A DNA stretch of 64,000 nt from an uncultured Candidatus Saccharibacteria bacterium (GTDB lineage: Bacteria > Patescibacteriota > Minisyncoccia > Phycocordibacterales > UBA9973). Under the pieces are notes generated by a model. The model was given only the letters and a program-made list of their open reading frames with translations, ran no database searches and was not told where the DNA came from. Location: positions 18,719 through 82,718 of the forward strand of contig CAZMZT010000001.1 in NCBI GenBank assembly GCA_964571085.1. Reading direction: 5' to 3'. The translations under genes were made by a program, and so were the position numbers. Below are positions 37,182 through 44,649 of this stretch, in pieces. Position 1 is the first letter of the stretch, and every line of letters starts with the position of its first letter.

Positions 37182-38408
37182 ATGAAAATATTGAAATTCA
37201 AGTCATCAGTGCTGTCAAAGGTTGCAAGTTCTATTACTATGGTCGCCCTAATCCTTGTAACTTCAGGTGGCCCACAGATCGCAGAAGCTTTGGCTATCAC
37301 ATCATCAAAAGACACAGCTACTCGTCTACAGATCAGTACTACAGCTGACCATACTATAGTATTCACACTCCCGACTGGTATTGACTTTGATTCTGCTGGT
37401 AACACTGACTTCCTCCGTGTTGATTTTCCTGGTACTTTTACTGCTGGAGGCACTTGGGCTGCTGGAGACTTCACTTTCGATGATGGTGCTGCAAGAACTA
37501 TAAATGCTGTTGAACAAGGTGCTGGTGATGTAGACTGTACAGTCGCTGCCGGTGTAAACAACGTATGTATTTCTGTTGACACAACCAATAATATTTTCAC
37601 TATTAAACCATCAGCTACATATACAGCATCAGCAACAGGAGCAACTGTTACATTTACGATCGATGGAACAACTGCAGACGGTACACTCACAAATCCTTCT
37701 TCTGTAGCAGCTACAAACATAGATTTTCAACACTGTGACAACGTGGCTGCTTGTGACTCAGCGTTTGCTTCAACTCACTCAAGTCAGATAGCTTACGCTA
37801 TTATCGATGACGACACTGTAGCCATCACAGCAACGGTAGGCTCTTCAATTACTTTTGACCTAGACACAGCAGGAAGTAATGACAGTACATGCGATACAGA
37901 CGAGACAGCAGCACCATACGCTATAGCCCTCGGAGCAATATCAACGGCAGATACTAGAATATCTGGTGCTACAGATGCTGTAAACCTTATCTGTGTAGAC
38001 CTCGATACTAATGCTGGTGGTGGAGCAGTAGTCACAGTTTCAAACGCGAACGGAGCAAGTGGTCTGGTCTCTACTTCTAGTCCAACAAATGACATAGATA
38101 CTACCGATAACACTGCTGTTACTGCTGGTACTGAAAACTATGGTCTATGTATTGTTACAACTACAGCAGGTACTGGTACACTCGATGATGAAGGAGGATA
38201 TGATGGCGACACTTGTGCTGCCAATAGTGCGACTAATGTCGTACAAGCCATGTCTGCAGTCACTCCTGAGACTATCTTTGATACAAATGGTGCCCCTATA
38301 GCAGGCGGACGTGGAACAATAGCTGTAAATGCTTCAATTGCCACAGGTCAAGCGGCTCTCAATGACTATACTGACGCTATTACATTTATAGCGACTGCTA
38401 CATTCTAA
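37182..38408 (+). CDS. Secreted beta-rich protein, paralog B of the 35973 product.
   Basis: A signal peptide ending 'AEALA' is present. Shared blocks include 'ITFDLDTA...APY...LGA(L/I)ST', 'GG.VVTV.NA.GA.GL' and 'YGLC' plus the C-terminal 'ITFIATATF'. Confidence 0.6.
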   Translation: MKILKFKSSVLSKVASSITMVALILVTSGGPQIAEALAITSSKDTATRLQISTTADHTIVFTLPTGIDFDSAGNTDFLRVDFPGTFTAGGTWAAGDFTFDDGAARTINAVEQGAGDVDCTVAAGVNNVCISVDTTNNIFTIKPSATYTASATGATVTFTIDGTTADGTLTNPSSVAATNIDFQHCDNVAACDSAFASTHSSQIAYAIIDDDTVAITATVGSSITFDLDTAGSNDSTCDTDETAAPYAIALGAISTADTRISGATDAVNLICVDLDTNAGGGAVVTVSNANGASGLVSTSSPTNDIDTTDNTAVTAGTENYGLCIVTTTAGTGTLDDEGGYDGDTCAANSATNVVQAMSAVTPETIFDTNGAPIAGGRGTIAVNASIATGQAALNDYTDAITFIATATF

Positions 38409-38429
38409 TAGTAAGAAGACTTCTAAGGG

Positions 38430-39455
38430 ATGAATAACTACCAGAACAACAGAGGACGATTCGCACTCTTGATTTTAATCATTGCTGTTTTCTTTGTTTC
38501 GAAAAATGCTCATGCTCTCAGCTTGTCTCCTGTACGTGTAGAAGTCAGTGGTAACCCAGGCGAGACAGTCACCAGGGAGATGGTCATCACCAATGAGAGT
38601 GAAGGTAGCTCAATATACTACTCTTCATATGCCAACTTCGAAGCCTCAGGTGATACCGGTAGTCCAGCATTCGTAGAGCCAAAAGATGATATAGGTACAT
38701 GGCTCTCTACAACTGCATCTATAGACTTGAAAGCCAATGAGTCAAAGACCGTTACATTCAAAATAGAGATTCCTAAAGATGCAGAACCAGGAGGACACTT
38801 CGGATCAATATTCTGGGGTACAAATCCAAACAATGGCTCAAGCGGGGTGGCTGTAGGTTCAAAGACAGGTATACTCATACTTCTTTCAGTTAATGGTGAT
38901 GTAAAAGAAGCTGGAGGCCTCGTCGACTTTAATACCAAAGACAACAAAATCTTTTACAACACTCTCCCGGTGTCTTTTACTTATAGGTTTCGTAACGATG
39001 GAGGTGACCGTATAAAACCAGTAGGCAAGATAGTAATGCATGATCTGTTTTATATACCAGAAGATAAAATAGATGCAAACCCAGGTGGAGGCAACATACT
39101 TCCATCAAGCACTCGACGCTTCAACGTTGACTGGGTCAAGGATCCACGAGCGAAGGACTATGTAGCACCAAGTGGTGTAGTAGGTAAGTTCTTTGGCCAA
39201 GCAATATACCAGTGGAACAACTACGCCTTTGGCCCATATTTTGCCAAGCTCAACCTGCTGTACAGTACAGATGCTATAAGAGTAAAAGACACAGTTTTCT
39301 TCTTTGTTTTTCCTTGGCAATTATTAATATGCCTTGCCATTATTTTCTTCACTGTATTTTGGGGCGGCAAAAAACTAATTCGACGCTATAACAAGCATAT
39401 TATACAGAAGGCACGTCTTGGCATGAACAAACCAAACGATGCCACTCATGTATAG
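38430..39455 (+). CDS. Secreted Ig/chaperone-like beta-domain protein with a C-terminal TM anchor and basic tail.
   Basis: A signal peptide is present. 'LSLSPVRVEVSGNPGETVTREMVITNESEGS' resembles PapD-like or DUF916-like Ig-fold openings. The C-terminus has a TM 'LLICLAIIFFTVFW' plus 'KKLIRRYNKH'. Confidence 0.5.
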   Translation: MNNYQNNRGRFALLILIIAVFFVSKNAHALSLSPVRVEVSGNPGETVTREMVITNESEGSSIYYSSYANFEASGDTGSPAFVEPKDDIGTWLSTTASIDLKANESKTVTFKIEIPKDAEPGGHFGSIFWGTNPNNGSSGVAVGSKTGILILLSVNGDVKEAGGLVDFNTKDNKIFYNTLPVSFTYRFRNDGGDRIKPVGKIVMHDLFYIPEDKIDANPGGGNILPSSTRRFNVDWVKDPRAKDYVAPSGVVGKFFGQAIYQWNNYAFGPYFAKLNLLYSTDAIRVKDTVFFFVFPWQLLICLAIIFFTVFWGGKKLIRRYNKHIIQKARLGMNKPNDATHV

Positions 39456-40305
39456 AAAATCTCTAACTAAATTCATATTACTCGTCTTGTTCTTTTTTGC
39501 TGTATCGCATACAGTTTACGCTGTGGATGTGGGGGTATCTGCTTCTGTGGGTACCATAACTATTACTCCGACTGATGATGGTGGAGGAGGGATAGACACA
39601 AGTGTTGTATTCTCTGGACTTGCTTATCCTGGCGCCACTGTCCATATATGGAAAGACGGAATTCCTTCACAGGTGGTTATGGCAGATGCAAATGCTCGCT
39701 TTAGTGTTACGCTTTCTGAAACATATAACCCAAGTGTACTGTATACTCTATATGCCATAGATAAGTCTGGGCGTAGATCACTACTTATCAACTATCCTCT
39801 GGTGGTTAAAAACGGCTATGTGACCCAAGTAAGTGGTATCAGATTTGCCCCAACTATCACTACAGATAAAAGTGAGGTAAAATTTGGCGACTATATAACA
39901 GTATCTGGCTACTCTGTACCAAACACATATATAGACGTCGTTATATCAGGATCAGTAAGTTCGACTTACTATGTCCAAAGCAAACCTGACGGAGTTTATC
40001 AGATTACAATACCACTTATAGGTTTTAAAAAGGGTGCATACGATGTATATTCTAATTACCAAAATGATAAGAAGATAAGTAAAGTCATAAAGTTTGTTAT
40101 TGGAGATGTAAATATATTGAGCATCGACCTCACTACAAATATCCCAGGAGATTGTAATGCCGACCAGATTATAAATCTTGTCGATTTCTCTGTGGTTGCC
40201 TTTTGGTATGGGAAGCCAAATCCACCAAAGTGTGTCGACACAAATTCTGACAAAGTCATAAACCTTACCGACTTCTCAATACTCGCATTTTATTGGACTG
40301 GGTAA
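39439..40305 (+). CDS. Secreted protein with two Ig-like repeats and a C-terminal dockerin domain.
   Basis: Two calcium-binding loop repeats, 'DCNADQIINLVD' and 'DTNSDKVINLTD', fit D-x-N-x-D-x-x-x-N-x-x-D. Each is followed by a hydrophobic helix ('FSVVAFWYG' / 'FSILAFYWTG'). Confidence 0.6.
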   Translation: MPLMYRKSLTKFILLVLFFFAVSHTVYAVDVGVSASVGTITITPTDDGGGGIDTSVVFSGLAYPGATVHIWKDGIPSQVVMADANARFSVTLSETYNPSVLYTLYAIDKSGRRSLLINYPLVVKNGYVTQVSGIRFAPTITTDKSEVKFGDYITVSGYSVPNTYIDVVISGSVSSTYYVQSKPDGVYQITIPLIGFKKGAYDVYSNYQNDKKISKVIKFVIGDVNILSIDLTTNIPGDCNADQIINLVDFSVVAFWYGKPNPPKCVDTNSDKVINLTDFSILAFYWTG

Positions 40306-40325
40306 TGTATAATGTTTATATAACT

Positions 40326-41201
40326 ATGAAGATACTTATCTACACTATAGCCATTTTCTTACTAACCTCATCTGTGTCTCATGCAGCTCTGGTGTCTGTA
40401 TCTGCACCAAAGGTTGCTACAGAAGGACAGGATTTTAGTGTTTTGGTTAATCTTAATACAGAAGGCGCATCTGTGAACTCTTTTGATATAAAGTTATCGT
40501 ACCCTGTAGATGTAGTTTCATTCTCTGGCTACAAAGAAGAAGGATCCATCAAGCGCCTATGGCTAACATCACCAGTAGACAAAGGTGGGGAAATACACTT
40601 TAGTGGGATTATACCTGGTGGGGTAGATGGGATGTATGATCCTGATAAAAAAGAACTACAACCAATACCTCTTTTGCATTTATTATTTTCTACAAGAGAC
40701 GTAGGTCAAGGAAGCTTTACTATAAAAGAATCAAGTATTCTTATTAACGATGGTAAAGGTACATCACTAATCCACACTAGAATTGATTCACCTATAAGTG
40801 TATCTAAATCACTAGATTCATCTTATGATAAGAATTCCACTCGCATTAAATCAGCAGACACAGTGCCACCCCTGCCTTTTGTTATAGAATTCATAGAAGC
40901 AGGTCTATTCTCGAGGACACCGTCTATGATTGTCTTTTCTACTACAGACGCAGAATCAGGCGTGAAATCTTATCAACTTCGCGTAGCAGGTGATAATTGG
41001 GAAGATATATCAAGTCCAACACCTATAAGTAAGGGCCTTGTAAAAAGGGACGTAGTAGTTAGGGCGGTAGACTTCGGAGGCAATATACGTGAGTCAAATG
41101 TAGAAATACCTGGTATACTTTCTAATATACAGCTTATAGGGATAGTACTTATAGGTTTTGTTTGTTACTTTGTATTTTTTGTGTTAAAAAGGAAAAGATG
41201 A
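40326..41201 (+). CDS. Membrane-anchored protein with an N-terminal cohesin-like domain.
   Basis: A signal peptide is present. 'ALVSVSAPKVATEGQDFSVLVNLNTEGASVNSFDIKLSYPVDVVSFSG' matches the cohesin pattern V.V.....G..F.V.V.......V...D..L.Y...V. The C-terminus has a TM 'LIGIVLIGFVCYFVFFVL' plus KRKR. Confidence 0.55.
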   Translation: MKILIYTIAIFLLTSSVSHAALVSVSAPKVATEGQDFSVLVNLNTEGASVNSFDIKLSYPVDVVSFSGYKEEGSIKRLWLTSPVDKGGEIHFSGIIPGGVDGMYDPDKKELQPIPLLHLLFSTRDVGQGSFTIKESSILINDGKGTSLIHTRIDSPISVSKSLDSSYDKNSTRIKSADTVPPLPFVIEFIEAGLFSRTPSMIVFSTTDAESGVKSYQLRVAGDNWEDISSPTPISKGLVKRDVVVRAVDFGGNIRESNVEIPGILSNIQLIGIVLIGFVCYFVFFVLKRKR

Positions 41202-42313
41202 AATTCTACATAAAAACAATACTATATAGTTTTTTTATAGTCGTATTGTTTAGCACTACGAGTGTGTTTGCAGCACCTGCATCACTGTCCATAACTAAAC
41301 CATCTGGTAGTGTACAAGAAGGAGATCGGGTCACACTAAGTATTAAAGTAGAGTCTACTGACCAAGCTATCAATGCCATATCTGGAGTTGTATCATTCTC
41401 TGAAGATACTCTAAAGACTATATCTGTAAGTAGGGATAGTAGCATATTAAACATCTGGACCCGGGATCCTAATGTAGGTAGGAATAAGGTCACATTTGAA
41501 GGTGTAATACTCAACCCTGGTTATAGGGGAGCTGGTGGGACACTTTTCAATATTACATTTGAAGCCAAGAAATCTGGTCGAGCTACTGTTTCTTTTACTG
41601 AAGGAGCAATCCTTGCCAATGACGGACTTGGTACTAATGTCATAAGTGGACTTTCATCTATCAATTTTAATATTACTCCAGGTGCTGGGGCTCTAGACTT
41701 GTCTGGGGTGCCTATCGCCCAAACAACACCAAGGAGACTACAAGCATTGCCGGTCATTACTGAGTATTCACAATCAGTTTATTCTAAACAAACTGCTTAT
41801 CTAAGGGGTAGAGGAGAGCCAGGCGCTATGACAAAAATTTCCTTTGAAGATCTATCGCAGAAATCTTTCGGAGAACAATTCTTGGACTTTGTTCAATCAA
41901 AAAAGAAACGCCTTAGTGATGTCCTTGTCCAAAACAATGAAAAAGGTTTATTTGAATATGTCACACCCAACAACCTAATAGCAGGGGTATACAACGCCAC
42001 CCCATTCCTAGTTGAAGATGATACAAACATAGAAAAGCCTGGTCTCGGTGTTCAGCTTTTTGTAAATGACAGCAAGATAGTCAAAGGCTTGATAGTCTTT
42101 ATAAATATACTCCTCCTACTTATACCAATAGTTGGGCTTATAATGCTTATTTACTTTATCCCGTGGTATTCGTCACGCCGTATGCGTATTATGAAGAGAC
42201 GCATGGGTCTCGAAGAAGAGAAGATTATACTCACCGAGCATCATTTGGAGCATGAAGATAAGCTCTTATATAAAGACCCGCTAGAAAACACAAATACTGA
42301 AAAAAGCAGTTAG
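41198..42313 (+). CDS. Second membrane-anchored cohesin-like protein.
   Basis: Its ATG overlaps the upstream stop as ATGA. 'ASLSITKPSGSVQEGDRVTLSIKVESTDQAINAISGVVSFSEDTLKTISV' is cohesin-like. A C-terminal TM and a basic 'SSRRMRIMKRR' stretch are present. Confidence 0.55.
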   Translation: MKFYIKTILYSFFIVVLFSTTSVFAAPASLSITKPSGSVQEGDRVTLSIKVESTDQAINAISGVVSFSEDTLKTISVSRDSSILNIWTRDPNVGRNKVTFEGVILNPGYRGAGGTLFNITFEAKKSGRATVSFTEGAILANDGLGTNVISGLSSINFNITPGAGALDLSGVPIAQTTPRRLQALPVITEYSQSVYSKQTAYLRGRGEPGAMTKISFEDLSQKSFGEQFLDFVQSKKKRLSDVLVQNNEKGLFEYVTPNNLIAGVYNATPFLVEDDTNIEKPGLGVQLFVNDSKIVKGLIVFINILLLLIPIVGLIMLIYFIPWYSSRRMRIMKRRMGLEEEKIILTEHHLEHEDKLLYKDPLENTNTEKSS

Positions 42314-42332
42314 GTGTGGTATTATATAGGGT

Positions 42333-43412
42333 ATGAAGCGACCATATATCCTGCTGACCTCTCTATACCTTATTGCCATACTTAGTTTCCCTCTTTTAGG
42401 TAATGCTGAGAGTAAAATACTTAACCTAGAAGAGAATTTGTGGCTCAGATCTCGCAACAACACCATTGTCGTCTATCCTGAAAAGAATTTCCCCCCATAT
42501 TCTTATCAAAACTCTTCAGGAATACCACAGGGTCTGTCCATAGACTATATCGAAGTGATAGCTCAGAAAATAGGAGCAAAGATCCAGTATTTACCTGCTC
42601 GTTCTCGATCTCAAATACTTGATGATGTAAAACAAAGCAGTAAAGGAGATGTGATTACATCTTTAGCTGACACAAAAGATAGGGGAGATATACTGTATTT
42701 CTCAGATACTTATGTCACTACTCCAGCTGTTATTGTTGTAAGAAAAGATTCGAATAAGAACAATCTAACCCTCAACGACCTGACTGGTAAAAAGGTCGCT
42801 ATTGGTGGTCAATATGCAGTTGAGGAATTCGTGAGAACTAATAATCCTAGGATTGTCATTGAGTCCGTCAGCGACAACGAACTTGGTTTACAGCAAGTAG
42901 TTCTAGGCGAGGTGGATGCTGCTATTATGGATATTACATCTCTGTCTTATTACTTATCCAAACAAGTTTTAAATAGTGTTAAGGTTGTTGGTAGCACTGG
43001 TTTTGACTACAAACTCTCGTTTGCTGTACCAAAAGACAAGCAGATACTCCAATCAATCCTCGATAAAGGATTACAACAAATAAGCACTAATGATAGGCAA
43101 ATAATCAAAGATAAATGGGTAGTCGTACCAAACGAAATAAACAAAACTTCATTAATCTCCTCCTATATTTTAGACAATCTAATATCTATAATCTTGTATC
43201 TGATACTTTGTGTCATAATAGTTATCCTCATTATACGACTAAGGAAGAGGAGATTTACATTTAGAAGGCATAGTCATCTAGATGAGGTAAAAGAATTGAA
43301 AGAAGAGATGCTCGAACTGGAAGACACCAGTAAAGGCCTGATAGAAGAGCTAAATAACGTTAAAATCTTGGAGGAAGACATAAAAGAAAAAATAAAGAAG
43401 ATAGAAAATTAG
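42333..43412 (+). CDS. Membrane-anchored SBP_bac_3 (periplasmic-binding-protein type 3) domain protein with a short cytoplasmic coiled-coil tail.
   Basis: A signal peptide, an SBP fold ('LTGKKVAIGGQYAVEEF...EVDAAIMD'), a TM 'IILYLILCVIIVILII' and a tail 'ELKEEMLELEDTSKGLIEELNNVKILEEDIKEKIKKIEN' are present. Confidence 0.65.
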   Translation: MKRPYILLTSLYLIAILSFPLLGNAESKILNLEENLWLRSRNNTIVVYPEKNFPPYSYQNSSGIPQGLSIDYIEVIAQKIGAKIQYLPARSRSQILDDVKQSSKGDVITSLADTKDRGDILYFSDTYVTTPAVIVVRKDSNKNNLTLNDLTGKKVAIGGQYAVEEFVRTNNPRIVIESVSDNELGLQQVVLGEVDAAIMDITSLSYYLSKQVLNSVKVVGSTGFDYKLSFAVPKDKQILQSILDKGLQQISTNDRQIIKDKWVVVPNEINKTSLISSYILDNLISIILYLILCVIIVILIIRLRKRRFTFRRHSHLDEVKELKEEMLELEDTSKGLIEELNNVKILEEDIKEKIKKIEN

Positions 43413-43463
43413 CCAAATCTAGAACTTCCTTTTTGAGGCCACTTTTGTTATTATTAAGGGATA

Positions 43464-44537
43464 ATGAAATCAGCTTTCCTATACGTATTCTTGGCAGTAT
43501 TTGTCATAAGTCCTATATCTACTATATACGCCCAGTCTAGTTTACTTACTAAAGAAGAAAACATATGGCTTAGCTCAAGGAATAACACCATCTCTGTTTT
43601 ACCAGAGAAGAACAACCCACCATTTTCTTTTAATGATTCTTCTTATATAACCCAGGGTATTTTCATTGATTATATTAAACTTGTAGCAGAGAAGTTGGAC
43701 TTAAAGATAGATTATATTACTGCTCGTACAAGATCTGATGTTTTAAAAAGTCTAACATCATCTGAAGGTGATTATGTATCAAGTATAGAAGTTGATAAGG
43801 CCAAGGAACTATCTCTTGATTTTAGCGATCCCTACTCTACATTTCCTGTAGTTATAGCTGTTCGTAAAGATTACTCATCTCATGATGGTATGACTCTCGA
43901 TGAGTTTAACAACAAAAGTGTTGCCGTAATACAAGGCTCTGCTATCAGTTCATATATCAAAAGCAATTACCCACGTGTGATAGTCGAAGAAGTCGTAGAC
44001 AACGAACTTGCCCTACAGAAAGTAGCTCTCGATGAAGTGGATGCTACAGTTATGAATGTTGCGTCTCTGACTCATCTACTGTCTAAGCAATCAATGCGTA
44101 GTATTAAAGTTGCAGGGAGTATAACATTTGATTTAAAGATGGCATTTGCAGTCCCAGAAGGGAAGGCAATACTCAGCTCTATTTTAAACAAAGGATTAAA
44201 CCAAGTAAGCGCGAGAGAGCATCAAGATATCATAGATAAATGGATATTGTTGCCAAATGAGAAGCATACAGCTAATTCATTTTTCTCAGGCATAGCTCAT
44301 CATCCAGGCCTTACTATAGTCATTGTTATTTTAGTAATTATTGTATCTACAGTATTGATATTTATAAGACGAAAAATGCCACACATACATAATCACAATA
44401 AAGGAGTAGGAACAAATATGATCAGTGAGCTAGAGCAAGAGATCATAGAACTTGAGCATACAAGCAAAGGTTTAATAGAGGAACTCAATGAAGTCAAAGC
44501 TTTAGAGCAAGACATCAAAGATAAACTAAAGAATTAA
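43464..44537 (+). CDS. Tandem paralog of the SBP_bac_3 membrane-anchored protein.
   Basis: It shows roughly 45% identity along its whole length to the 42333 product, including the coiled-coil tail 'ELEHTSKGLIEELNEVKALEQDIKDKLKN'. Confidence 0.65.
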   Translation: MKSAFLYVFLAVFVISPISTIYAQSSLLTKEENIWLSSRNNTISVLPEKNNPPFSFNDSSYITQGIFIDYIKLVAEKLDLKIDYITARTRSDVLKSLTSSEGDYVSSIEVDKAKELSLDFSDPYSTFPVVIAVRKDYSSHDGMTLDEFNNKSVAVIQGSAISSYIKSNYPRVIVEEVVDNELALQKVALDEVDATVMNVASLTHLLSKQSMRSIKVAGSITFDLKMAFAVPEGKAILSSILNKGLNQVSAREHQDIIDKWILLPNEKHTANSFFSGIAHHPGLTIVIVILVIIVSTVLIFIRRKMPHIHNHNKGVGTNMISELEQEIIELEHTSKGLIEELNEVKALEQDIKDKLKN

Positions 44538-44612
44538 GGCTAGATTCCACCATAAACACCAATAAAACCTTTATAAAATAAGAATCTAAGGCTTTCTTTT
44601 TAGAGTGATTTT

Positions 44613-44621
44613 TGATATAAT
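44613..44621 (+). promoter_or_regulatory. Extended -10 TGATATAAT upstream of gyrB.
   Basis: 'tttTTGATATAATataagg' lies about 30 nt before the gyrB start. Confidence 0.45.
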
Positions 44622-44649
44622 ATAAGGACAATTTACCCATTTATTTAGG

